Positions 1 through 29,939 of a stretch of 64,000 nucleotides of DNA are shown here, piece after piece. Numbering within the stretch: position 1 is the first letter of the stretch; every line of letters begins with the position of its first letter. The DNA comes from the human T2T-CHM13v2.0 reference genome, Homo sapiens: the NCBI RefSeq assembly GCF_009914755.1, contig NC_060935.1; one strand, written 5' to 3'. The notes below the pieces were generated by a model. It saw only the letters and a program-made list of their open reading frames with translations. It did no database searches and was not told the origin of the DNA. The position numbers were made by a program, and so were the translations under genes.

Positions 1-3586
<3,586 letters not shown>

Positions 3587-3649
3587 TATGATGTTAGTCA
3601 GTTATTTTGCTCATTAGTTGATGTAGTTTCTTCCTAGTCTCGATGGTCT

Positions 3650-4666
3650 TTACATTTTGGCATGATTTTGCAGCGGCTGGTACTGATTGTTCCTTTCCAT
3701 GTTCAGCGCTTCCTTCAGGAGCTCTTTTAGGGCAGGCCTGGTGGTGACAAAATCTCTCAGCATTTGCTTGTCTGTAAAGGATTTTATTTCTCCTTCACTT
3801 ATGAAGCTTAGTTTGGCTGGATATGAAATTCTGGGTTGAAAATTCTTTTCTTTAAGAATGTTGAATATTGGCCCCCACTCTCTTCTGGCTTGTAGGGTTT
3901 CTGCTGAGAGATCTGCTGTTAGTCTGATGGGCTTCCCTTTGAGGGTAACCCGACCTTTCTCTCTGGCTGCCCTTAACATTTTTTCCTTCATTTCAACTTT
4001 GGTGAATCTGACAATTATGTGTCTTGGAGTTGCTCTTCTCGAGGAGTATCTTTGTGGCGTTCTCTGTATTTCCTGAATCTGAACATTGGCCTGCCTTGCT
4101 AGATTGGGGAAGTTCTCCTGGATAATATCCTGCAGAGTGTTTTCCAACTTGGTTCCATTCTCCCCATCACTTTCAGGTACACCAATCAGACGTAGATTTG
4201 GTCTTTTCACATAGTCCCATATTTCTTGGAGGCTTTGCTCGTTTCTTTTTATTCTTTTTTCTCTAAACTTCCCTTCTCGCTTCATTTCATTCATTTCATC
4301 TTCCATCGCTGATACCCTTTCTTCCAGTTGATCGCATCGGCTCCTGAGGCTTCTGCATTCTTCACGTAGTTCTCGAGCCTTGGTTTTCAGCTCCATCAGC
4401 TCCTTTAAGCACTTCTCTGTATTGGTTATTCTAGTTATACATTCTTCTAAATTTTTTTCAAAGTTTTCAACTTCTTTGCCTTTGGTTTGAATGTCCTCCC
4501 GTAGCTCAGAGTAATTTGATCGTCTGAAGCCTTCTTCTCTCAGCTCGTCAAAGTCATTCTCCATCCAGCTCTGTTCCGTTGCTGGTGAGGAACGGCGTTC
4601 CTTTGGAGGAGGAGAAGCGCTCTGTGTTTTAGAGTTTCCCGTTTTTCTGTTCTGCTTTTTCCCCAT
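3650..4666 (-). CDS. LINE-1 ORF1p (RNA-binding chaperone), intact 338 aa
   Basis: MGKKQNRKTGNSK...LQNHAKM, full canonical length, with REKG, ARREW and YPAKLS motifs retained. Confidence 0.93.
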   Translation of the reverse strand: MGKKQNRKTGNSKTQSASPPPKERRSSPATEQSWMENDFDELREEGFRRSNYSELREDIQTKGKEVENFEKNLEECITRITNTEKCLKELMELKTKARELREECRSLRSRCDQLEERVSAMEDEMNEMKREGKFREKRIKRNEQSLQEIWDYVKRPNLRLIGVPESDGENGTKLENTLQDIIQENFPNLARQANVQIQEIQRTPQRYSSRRATPRHIIVRFTKVEMKEKMLRAAREKGRVTLKGKPIRLTADLSAETLQARREWGPIFNILKEKNFQPRISYPAKLSFISEGEIKSFTDKQMLRDFVTTRPALKELLKEALNMERNNQYQPLQNHAKM

Positions 4667-5553
4667 CTTTGTGGTTTTATCTACCTTTGGTCTTTGATGA
4701 TGGTGATGTACAGATGGGTTTTTGGTGTGGATGTCCTTTCTGTTTGTTAGTTTTCCTTCTAACAGAGAGGATCCTCAGCTGCAGGTCTGTTGGAATACCC
4801 TGCCATGTGAGGTGTCAGTGTGCCCCTGCTGGCGGGTGCCTGCCAGTTAGGCTGCTCGGGGGTCAGGGACCCACTTGAGGAGGCAGTCTGCCCGTTTTCA
4901 GATCTCCAGCTGCGTGCTGGGAGAACCACTGCTCTCTTCAAAGCTGTCAGACAGGGACATTTAAGTATGCAGAGGTTACTGCTGTCTTTTTGTTTGTCTG
5001 TGCCCTGTCCCCAGAGGTGGAGCCTACAGAGGCAGGCAGGCCTCCTTGAGCTGTGGTGGGCTCCACCCAGTTCGAGCATCGGGGCTGCTTTGTTTACCTA
5101 AGCAAGCCTGGGCAATGGCGGGCGCCCCTCCCCCAGCCTCGCTGCCGCCTTGCAGTTTGATCTCAGACTGCTGTGCTAGCAATCAGCGAGACTCCGTGGG
5201 CATAGGACCCTCTGAGCCAGGTGCGGGATATAATCTCGTGGTGCACCGTTTTTTAAGCCAGTCTGAAAAGCGCAATATTCGGGTGGGAGTGACCCGATTT
5301 TCCAGGTGAGTCCGTCACCCCTTTCTTTGACTCGGAAAGGGAACTCCCTGACCCCTTGCACTTCCCAAGTGAGGCAATGCCTTGCCCTGCTTCGGCTCGT
5401 GCAAACCCACTGACCTGCACCCACTGTCTGGCACTCCCTAGTGAGATGAACCCGGTACCTCAGATGGAAATGCAGAAATCACCCATCTTCTGCGTCGCTC
5501 ACGCTGGGAGCTATAGACCGGAGCTGTTCCTATTCGGCCATCTTGGCTCCTCC
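4667..5553 (-). promoter_or_regulatory. L1 5'UTR internal sense promoter and antisense promoter; YY1 motif at 5536-5544
   Basis: AAGATGGCC on the minus strand close to the 5' end; CpG-rich L1PA2-type UTR upstream of the ORF1 ATG. Confidence 0.85.
5115..5309 (+). CDS. LINE-1 antisense ORF0, 64-aa variant ending in a premature TGA
   Basis: MAGAPPPASLPPCSLISDCCASNQRDSVG...RVGVTRFSR* matches the primate L1 ORF0 peptide (71 aa in L1HS). Confidence 0.75.
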   Translation: MAGAPPPASLPPCSLISDCCASNQRDSVGIGPSEPGAGYNLVVHRFLSQSEKRNIRVGVTRFSR

Positions 5554-5556
5554 TTC

Positions 5557-8305
<2,749 letters not shown>

Positions 8306-8446
8306 TAAAAAAAATATGAATGCCTGAGCCTCATCCCCCAAGATTCTGATTTAGTGTGCCTGATTTAATGGGGTTGGGTCTTGGCATTGGGATTTTTCAG
8401 AGCTGCCCAGAAGATTCCAAAATGAATTCAAGACTGAGCACCACTG
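8306..8446. mobile_element. MER5-type hAT-Charlie fragment (half; probably the target of L1 A)
   Basis: ATGCCTGAGCCTCATCCCCCAAGATTCTGATT...GACTGAGCACCACTG resembles one half of MER5A/B. Confidence 0.6.
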
Positions 8447-9907
8447 CCTTAAAGGCACCACCAGACACTTACCTATCATTCCTGCATCATCTCAAATGTG
8501 CTTCTCCACTCACTAGTTGTTGGTAACTCTTATAGGTGTGTTTCCGAGAAGGAAACTGTCAAAGAACCCTGGAGTTAAGAAGGGCAGGCTCTCTGGAAAA
8601 GGTGAGACTCCAGGGAGCCTTTGAAGGACTAAAGTTTCTCTTAGGACAGGAGGGCTGTAAAGCAGTAGAGCCAAAGAGCTGGAGCCCCCACATCCTGTCT
8701 GCCAGATGAAATCCTGCTTCCCTTTAAGGGAGGAGGCATGATAAAACATTTTGTTTTTCTTTTTCTCTCCCAAAATCTGCTTGTGTAAAAAATAAAAAAG
8801 AAACTGCTTCGGGAAAAAAAATTGCTTTAGAAGCCTAATCTATTGCTTGAGAAAATAGTAGCATCTCTATATTTTAAGTGGTGAGTTTATGAGACAAATT
8901 CTTTTTTGGAGGACCAATGAAAGAGATTGAAAATATAATTGAAATTCCAAGCAGATTTTGGGAGAGAAAAAGAAAAACAAAACAAAACAACCCTAAAGGC
9001 AGGCCTGAGAAAAGTTCTGGCAGACTGAGAAAACAAAGATTTAGATGAATCAGCCTAGAAAGATGGAAGTTCATTCCTTCTGTGCTGCCCGAGGATGATA
9101 GCACAGAGGCAGAATGTCCTCTTGTACATTGTCAGAATTTTTCAAGTTTCTGTGGCGTTTACACTCAGCAGAATGAGAAGTAGAACCAGAGATCCTTCTC
9201 CTCACCATACCACACCTGCCTTAGAATCTTGAAAAGGCACATTTGACATTCCTTCTGTTGAACTGCCACCTTCACTTTGGGATCCCTTCAGGGCAGCCTG
9301 TTCTCTCCAGGTCTTCATTTCTTTGACTTTCCTGAAAACAAATGGGAGGCCCAGTCTCCTACTTTCCCTTCTCAAGTCATCCTTGGGGACTTATCCTCAA
9401 TGATCAGAATGGCTGTGCAAGCTGTGGACCATGGAAATCCAAGCTGGTAATAAGACTGCTACTGCTGGTGGGATTTTCAGGCCCAGTAGGAGCCTCCTTC
9501 CTAATCTCTCCAGACCAAGGCCTGGCCCCACCCCACCCCACTTTGCCCAGGGTATCCCCATTAAATAAAGAAGGTAGATTTCAAGCTGGCCCTAAAGATT
9601 CATCTTTTAGTCTCTAAGTGCCTCAAAATGGCCAGCTTTGATTCCAGGGCTTCTAATTCCAGGCCCTGGAAGTTTTTCCTTCAGCATTGGCCATGTTCCC
9701 TCTGTCCTGTGGGGTTCCCTGCAGCATGTTTGATGATTGTTAAAGTTGGTTTTACCAGTGAATACAGTCTCCATTCCTGCCTGCTTTTTCTCTCGTGCTA
9801 CTGAATTTTAAGTAGGACAGAGTTACCCAGGATCTTTTTCCTCATGTCTTTGAAAACAACCAAAAAGCTGAACATAAAAATGGACAATGGCCATTTTTAA
9901 GTTGATC

Positions 9908-10468
9908 AGTGTCCATCGCCAGACAAATGGTTAAAGAAAATGTAGTACATATACACAATGGAGTACTATTCAGCCATAAAAAGAATGAGATCCTGTCATT
10001 TGCAACAACATGAATGGAACGGAGAGACATTAAGTGAAACAAGCCAGACACAGAAAGACAAACTTTGCATGTTCTAATTTGTGAGAGCTAAAAAATTAAA
10101 ACAATTGAACTCATGGAGATAGAGAGTAGAATGATGGATACCAGAGGCTGGGAAGGGTAGTCAGGGGGGTGAGAAGTGGGGATGGTTAATGAGTGTAAAA
10201 ATGTAGTTAGTTAGAAAGAATGAATAAGATCTATTTGATAGCACAACAGGGTGATTACAGTCCACAATAATTTATTGTATATTTAAAAATAACTAAAAGA
10301 GTATAATTGGATTGTTTGTCACATAAAAGAAAGGATAAATGCTTGAGGTGATGGATATCCCATTTACCCTGATATAATTATTACCCATTGTATGCCTATA
10401 TCAAAATATGCCATGTATCCTATAAATATATATACCCACACAAAATGTATGTACCCACACAAAAAAAA
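9908..10468 (+). mobile_element. L1MA (L1MA3/4-like) 3' end
   Basis: GGAGTACTATTCAGCCATAAAAAGAATGAGATCCTGTCATTTGCAAC and typical L1MA 3'UTR ending in an A tract. Confidence 0.8.
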
Positions 10469-10477
10469 TCAGATTGG

Positions 10478-10750
10478 AGGATTCCATTTATATAAAGTCC
10501 ACAAACAGGCACAACAGGTCTATGCTGGTGGAAATAAGAAAGTGGTTGGCTCTGTGATGGAGGGGAGGGGTGGTGGGGAGTGAGAAAGGAATGTGTTGAA
10601 TTGACTGGAAAAGATCATCAGGAAGCTTTCCAGAGGGTCAGAAATGTTCTAGATCTTATTGAGTGATGGGTACATGACACATACAGTTGTCAAAACTTAT
10701 TGATCTGAATACTTAAGATCTGTGCATTTTATGATACGTAAATTACACCT
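10478..10750 (+). mobile_element. old L1M (L1MC/ME) 3'UTR fragment
   Basis: GATTCCATTTATATAAAGT...CTTAAGATCTGTGCATTTTA...TAAATTACACCT. Confidence 0.6.
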
Positions 10751-11278
10751 TGTGGCAGGCAGCCTGTACAATGATCCCTGATTCCTGGCACTCACACTCT
10801 TGTGGAATTCCCTCTCCTGGATTGTGTGCTGAACCTAGCGACTCCCTTTCAACAAATAGATACAGCAAAAGTGAGGCATTGTCACTTCTGAGATGAGGTT
10901 ACAAAGGCTGTGGCTGTCAGGTGCTCTCTTGCCCTTCTTGCCTCGCTTGCTCCCTATTGTGAACTGCTGTATGTAGAGACCCGCATGGCAAGGAACTGAT
11001 GACTCTGACCAACAGCCAGCAAGAACTTGAGACCTGACAGCAGCTACATGAGTGAGTTTGAAAGCAGCTCTTCCCCCAGCTGAGCCTTGAGAGGAAACCA
11101 CAGTCCCTCCTGGTATTTTGATTGTAGCCTTGAATGAGACCCTGAGCCAGAGACACCCAGTGAGGCTATGCCTGGATTCTCAACCCACAGAGACTATGAG
11201 ATAATAAATAGTTGTTGCTTTAAGCCACTGCATTTTAGGGTAATTTAATTTATTCTAAGGCAATACATAACTAATGCA
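10751..11278 (+). mobile_element. MaLR solo LTR (MLT1F-like)
   Basis: TGTGGCAGGCAGCC start, GTTGTTGCTTTAAGCCACT polyA region, AACTAATGCA end. Confidence 0.8.
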
Positions 11279-11764
11279 CCAATGAAATCTGGTCTGTATT
11301 TAAAATTTGCAATGCTCATTAAAAAGGAAGTGAAGCACAGTGCCTAGTAGCATATGCTTCTGTTCTTTTCCTTGCCCAGAGGATCTTCTCTGACCATTTG
11401 CAACAACATGAGTGGAACTCAGTTGCCCCACCCAATTCTTTCCCTGGAAAGCCTTCTTACAGAATAACAGTTTTATAATATTACAATGACTAGGATATAC
11501 TCATAGACCTTCTCCAAGGCATGGGAAGAGAGATTCTCCACATTTTCTTATGAGAGCACTCCTAGCTCTGAGCTGCTAATGGAATTCAAACATCCTGACA
11601 CCTGGCATGGAGAGAGGTGGGAGGAAGCTCTGTTGGACGTATGGATGGTCTCACTCAGATGGTTGGTCTTTGCCCACAAGTCCTCCCTCATGTCTCCACC
11701 TCCCTCGGCTGGTGAAGGTAGAGAGAGATGCAGCCTCCTTGGCCAGCATCACCTTTGCTGGAAG

Positions 11765-11940
11765 GACAATGCACAGAATGTGAACTGTGGAACCACATGG
11801 ACCTGAGTTCAAATCTCAGGTTCACTTTTATGAGCTGGGTGACCTTTAGTGGATCATGAATCCTCTCTGAGGCTCTTGGGGATCTCATCTATGAAATTAA
11901 GAGAACTCTCACCTTGAGGAGTTATTGTAAGAATTAAAGA
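11765..11940 (+). mobile_element. MIR SINE
   Basis: GACCTGAGTTCAAATCTCAG...GAGCTGGGTGACCTT...GTTATTGTAAGAATTAAA core. Confidence 0.65.
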
Positions 11941-11944
11941 CATG

Positions 11945-12258
11945 CACCAACATGGATGAATCTAATATGCATTATACTAAGGGAAAGAAGGCAGACTCAA
12001 AAGGCTACATTACATGACATTCTGGAAAAGGCAAAACTATAGTAACAGAAAACAGATCAGTGCAGGTGAGAGGTGGGAAGAGGGGTGGACTACAATGGCC
12101 ACAAAATAATTTTTAGGGCAATGGAACTGTTCTGTATCTTGATTACAGTGATGGCTACAGAAATGTATGTATTTGTCCAAAAATCACAGAACTATACACT
12201 AAAAAGGTTGAATTTTGCAGTATGTAAATTATACCTCAATAAACCTGCTTTTAAAATT
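11945..12258 (+). mobile_element. L1MC/MD-type 3'UTR fragment
   Basis: CAACATGGATGAATCT...GGAAAAGGCAAAACTATAG...TAAATTATACCTCAATAAA. Confidence 0.7.
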
Positions 12259-13626
12259 AATGGAAGGATGTAAAAGGTGCAGACTCAGTAACTCTCTCAG
12301 TCTGGCTCACCAAGACAGACAGCTGTACAGGCTTAGTCACAGCTCTGAGCTTGCTGAGGTAGTCAAGGTCTTAGTCACACTCTGAGCTCCCTGAGTTAGT
12401 GAGGGTCTTATAAGCCAAGATTGTTTTTCCCATAACCCTCCCTCCTCAGCCTCTAAGACTGTCTGCCAACTCCTCCCTGCCTGGGGGGACTTGTTGCTTT
12501 AGGGTAAACAGACTCAGCCCCAGGAGCCAGGCTAGGTATGACCAAGTATAGCATCCAGGCAGCTCAGAGCCACCATGACCATCCATACCTATTGAAACAA
12601 AAGTAATGTTCTGCCTATTCTTCAAGATCCCATCAGTTAACAAGGGAACTTTAAGAGTCAGTCATTTTCATCAGCCATCAGCATCTATGAAAATACGTAT
12701 TTTTTTACTCCAAGCCAGAAAATATGATGTTTGCACAACTGCAGAGCAGTGGCCTGGGAATCAAACGTGAATGTCATATGTAACCTAATAAACAAAGTTT
12801 GTATGTATATTTGTAACAAAACAAAGTTATGTATTCCCCTCTCCCTTGCACCAGGGAGGTAAGGAGGTGGAATTGTGAGTTTTTAATCAAGCAAGCAAAT
12901 GAGAAATAAATAGAATATGGCAATGGTGCCTATTAATCACCCTAAAATTTCCACGGGGATGGGCCCAGCCAGAAGCTTTCATTTCTATGGAAACCACAAA
13001 GGCAGTTTGGACAAAAGAAAATGAAACCAGGGCAAGGAAGGGCTGGGTAAGGCTAAATTCTAAGATTGGTCTGATGAAAGGCTTAGGAGTTTTCAAAGCT
13101 TGGGCAAAGCCTTGTGTCATCCAGCACTGGCAAAGGCATCTCAGCCTGGGCATGGGTGAGTAGCCTAGATGTCCCAACTTCTTTAGGCCTGAGGACTGCT
13201 AAGGAAACCCAGGGAGGCTTGTATGAGTAGTATACAGTGAAAGCACAGTAGGAGAAAAGAAAAAATGGCAGGGAAGAATGTGCACCCAATTACGGGTATC
13301 AGGAAGTAGTTTCTGACACCCATAATTGGGATGGCACCCCTCCTTTGCAGTCCCAAGGGTGCCCTGCACTTGTCTCCATGGTAACACAGACAACTTTATA
13401 GTAACAGCCTGCTTACTTGTCTCCACCACCAGATTCCTTATTAAGAATAGGGTGTACAGAATTCATTATTGTATTAACCGAACCTAGCTCAGGGCTCAGC
13501 CTCTATAACAACTACAGTCATGCTTGATGATGGGAACGTGTTCTGAGAAATGCATTGTTGGGTGGCTTTGTCATTATGTGAACATCATAGTGTGCACTTA
13601 CCAAACCTAGATGGTATAGCCTACTA

Positions 13627-13673
13627 TTAGGTTGGTGCAAAAGTAATTTCGGTTTTTGCCATTAAAAGTAATG
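13627..13673. mobile_element. MADE1 (Hsmar1-derived MITE), one TIR plus spacer only
   Basis: TTAGGTTGGTGCAAAAGTAATTTCGGTTTTTGCCATTAAAAGTAATG, flanked by TA. Confidence 0.88.
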
Positions 13674-14155
13674 TATTCCTAGGATATATGGGATAGCCTA
13701 TTGCTCCTAGGCTACAAATCTGTACAGCATGTCACTGTACTGAATACTGTAGGCAAGCATAACACAATGGTAAATATTTGTGTATCTAAACGCATCTAAA
13801 CATAAAAAATACAGTATAAAAGATTAAAAATGGCATAGCTGTGTCTATAAAATGCTTACCATGAATGAAGCTTGCATGACTAGGTGTTGCTCTGAGTGGG
13901 TCAGTGAGTGAGTGGTGAGTGAATGTGAAGGCCAAGACATTACTGTACACTACTGCAGACTTTATAAACATGGTACACTTAGGCTACACTAAATTTATTT
14001 TTAAAAATTTCTTTCTTTAATAACATATTAACCTTAACTTACTGTAACTTCATTACAAACTTCTAAATTTAAGTTTTAAACATTTTGGCTTTTTTATAAT
14101 AACACTAGCTTAAAATAAAACACATAGTATAGCTGTACAAAAATATTTTCTTTCT

Positions 14156-14442
14156 GGCCGAGCACAGTGGCTCATGCCTGTAATCCCAACAATTTGGGAG
14201 GCTGAGGTGTGTGGATCAATTTGAGGCAGGAGTTCAAGACCAGCCTGGCTAACATGGTAAAACCCCATCTCTATTAAAAATACAGAAAACTAGCCGCGTG
14301 TCGTGGCACACGTGTGTAATCCCAGCTACTTGAGAGGCTGAGGTTCAAGAATTGCTTGATCCTGGGAGGTGGAGGTTGCAGCGAACCAAGATTGAGCCAC
14401 TGCACTGCAGCCTGGGCAACAGAGCAAGACTGTCTCAAAAAA
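14156..14442 (+). mobile_element. AluS (Sx/Sz-like)
   Basis: Dimeric Alu; degenerate TSD AAAAATATTTTCTTTCT. Confidence 0.92.
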
Positions 14443-14548
14443 TTTTTTTTCTTTCTTTATTTCCTTATTCTATAAGCTGTTTTCTATTTCAAGTTTTTTG
14501 CTTGTTTGTTTTTATTTTTTAAACTTCTTTGTTAAAAACTAGCCCACA

Positions 14549-14846
<298 letters not shown>

Positions 14847-15100
14847 CCTAGCCCACAAACACACACATTAGCTTAGGCCTACACGTCACTGTCATCCACC
14901 TCCACATCTTGTCCCACTGGAAGTTCTTCAGAGGCAGTAACATGCATGGGGCTGTCATCTCTTATGATAACAATGCCTTCTTCTGAAATGTTCCCTGAAG
15001 GACCTGCCTGAGGTTGTTTTACAGTTAACTTTTTAAATATATACAAGTAGAAGGAGTATACTCTAAAATCACAATTAAAAGTTAATACAGAAACCACTAA

Positions 15101-21232
<6,132 letters not shown>

Positions 21233-21559
21233 AGAAACCAGTAACATATAGTAAATACATAAAGCAGAAACATAGTCATTTATCAAGTATTATGTGCTGT
21301 ACATAATTGTATGTGCTATACTTTTATATGAGTGACAGCACAGATTTGTTTACACCAGCATCACCACAAACACGCAAGTAATGGGTTGCACTACAACATT
21401 AAGATGACTATGATGTCACTAGGCATCAGGAATTTTTCAGCCTCATTATAATCTTATGGGACTACTGTCATATATGCAGTCCATTGTTGACCTAAACATC
21501 CTGTGTGACATCATGACTGTACTACAACAGGAATAGCTAACCCTTATATAACAACAAAA

Positions 21560-21730
21560 ACTAATGCATACTGTACTTATAGTGTGTCAGGGACATAAAA
21601 TGTTTACATATGTTACATTTCTAAATTCTCATTGTTAATATTATACATATTTTATGGATGAGGAAACTGAGGCGGAGAGAATTCAAGATGTTTGCCCAAG
21701 ACCACATTGCTAATAAGTGGCAGAGCTAAA
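21560..21730 (-). mobile_element. MIR SINE
   Basis: GATGAGGAAACTGAGGC...TTGCCCAAGACCACA core. Confidence 0.7.
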
Positions 21731-23110
21731 TATATAATTAAATTACTGTAATTTAATTTAATTACAGTGAATTACCCTAGCAGTACCCTACTGCCCTATC
21801 TATATTCCCCCCACACCCCCCAACACACAAGGTCCAGAAGTCCCTCCCCTACTACCTTCTCCACTGAAGGGTACAATTGATCAGAAACATTATGTCCAGC
21901 TCCCCACTCTCCTGTCTCTCCATCTCCTCAAAGGCCCACTAAAACTTCTGCATTAAAAATGAAATCAGATATACAGAACAACTTCACAAGGAAGACAGGT
22001 TAGCAAAGCCATGATTTTAATTTCCTCTGCCACATAGAACCTTTTCTTAGTTAATTCAAAACAATCCAGTCCTTATTGGCATCTTGTATTTTTAAAAATT
22101 GATTGTCAGTGCCTCAGGTCCCATCGGCTAAAATGATAAAAGAATTTCCAAATGAGATTCAAATTATTAATGCCTGATAGAAAGGTCCCCTGATGCCTAA
22201 GCAGCCTCTCATATTACTTTTCTTGTTAGCCTCTCCCACCAGGAGAAAATACTTTTGAGAATAAATGTTAAAGAATCCAGATAAGTGACAGAAATATTCC
22301 ACTCATCCATGCCTAACCATCAGCTTCTTCCCCAGCATTCCTTGACATAAAAATTTCTGGATTGGGCTCATCCATATTTTATAAGTCATAAGCCCAAACT
22401 ACATAAACTCAGAATAGTTTGTTGGTGACTGGCCTGTGTACTTTTCTGGAAGAAAAAAGGTGGCTTACATTTAATGCAGCAGGCTTTCATTGTGAGCCCA
22501 CTATAAGCCATGAACAGTACCAGGGGCAGGGGCAGAAAAAAGACAGATCAGCAAAGTTATGATTTTAATTTCCTCTGCCACATAGGACCTTGTCTTAATT
22601 AATTCAAAACACCTCCCATGTGCTTTGTCCCATGTGCTTTCTATGTGCGTATAACTTAAAGAGATAGATACACCAAAATAATGGTGAAAAAATACGTATT
22701 AACAGTAAGGACAAAGCAAAGAAATAATTCTGCTCTGGGAAGTACAGGGAGACAAAGGAGTTTGGGAAATGTTTGTAGCATTAAAATTCCCTGAATTGAG
22801 ACCTCAAGAGTGAGGATCAGTCCCCTGCAATCATCAAACTGAAAATTTTTTACCAATTGGAGTGGTGAAAATATGTGGTTATTTTAAAGTATATTTCTCT
22901 GATTATAAACTAGTGAAGGTCAACATCTTTTCATGTTTACGTGGCCATTTGGTTTTCCTTTGTGAATTCCCCAATTTTCTATTCTATTGAATTTTTAAAA
23001 ATTATTATTTATTTGAAAGAGTTTGTTAGTAAATGTATTGAAAACAATTACTAAGTCGGTTTTTGGATTTCCTTTTCTTTATAGTGCTCTTTGCCACAGA
23101 GGTGTTTCAA

Positions 23111-23412
<302 letters not shown>

Positions 23413-24161
23413 CAGGTGTTTCAATTTTAATGTCATCAGATTTAGCAATTCTTTCTTTTATGGTGTATACCTTCTGTGGCTTATCAAAACTCTATCCATA
23501 CTCTGGTGTGATAAAGATGTTCTCCTATATGTTTTTTTATTACTGCTTCTGAAATTCCATTTTTATTAAGTATAGCAAAACATTATTTGCATAGCTATAA
23601 GGTGGAAAATGTTGTCAATTCTACTGCTATTCACTGTCCCTTGCACAAATCCTTAAACCTCTTACTTCTCACTGTCTCTTACTCCCTTAGCTAAATCAAA
23701 ATCTGGTTAAATAAAAATTTTTGCTTCCATGGTATCTTCACATGCAGAGTTGACGAATGCTGAAGAAAAACTCAATCATGATGACTGGTAACCTCTTAAA
23801 CCTGAACACTGACTACACGATTCCATAATATTGTCTTACAATTATACCATAGTCTCTTCCTCCATCCACTCTTCTTCTAAAAGACCATTTCTTCTCTCTA
23901 ATCGAACATTTAACATGGCCTTCCTGGACCTCACTTTTTAAAATATGGTTAAAAAACCAGGTAACATTAAACTTATTATTAACCATTTTTAAATGCACAA
24001 CTCACTAGCGTTAAGTATAGTTCTATTGTTGGGCAACAAATCTATGGAAGCTCTTCATTTGCAACACTAAAATTGCATACCCACTAAACTCTAATTCCTC
24101 CTCTCTCCATCCCTTGGTAACCACCTTTCTACTTTCTGGTTCTATGATTTCGACTACTCTA

Positions 24162-29939
<5,778 letters not shown>

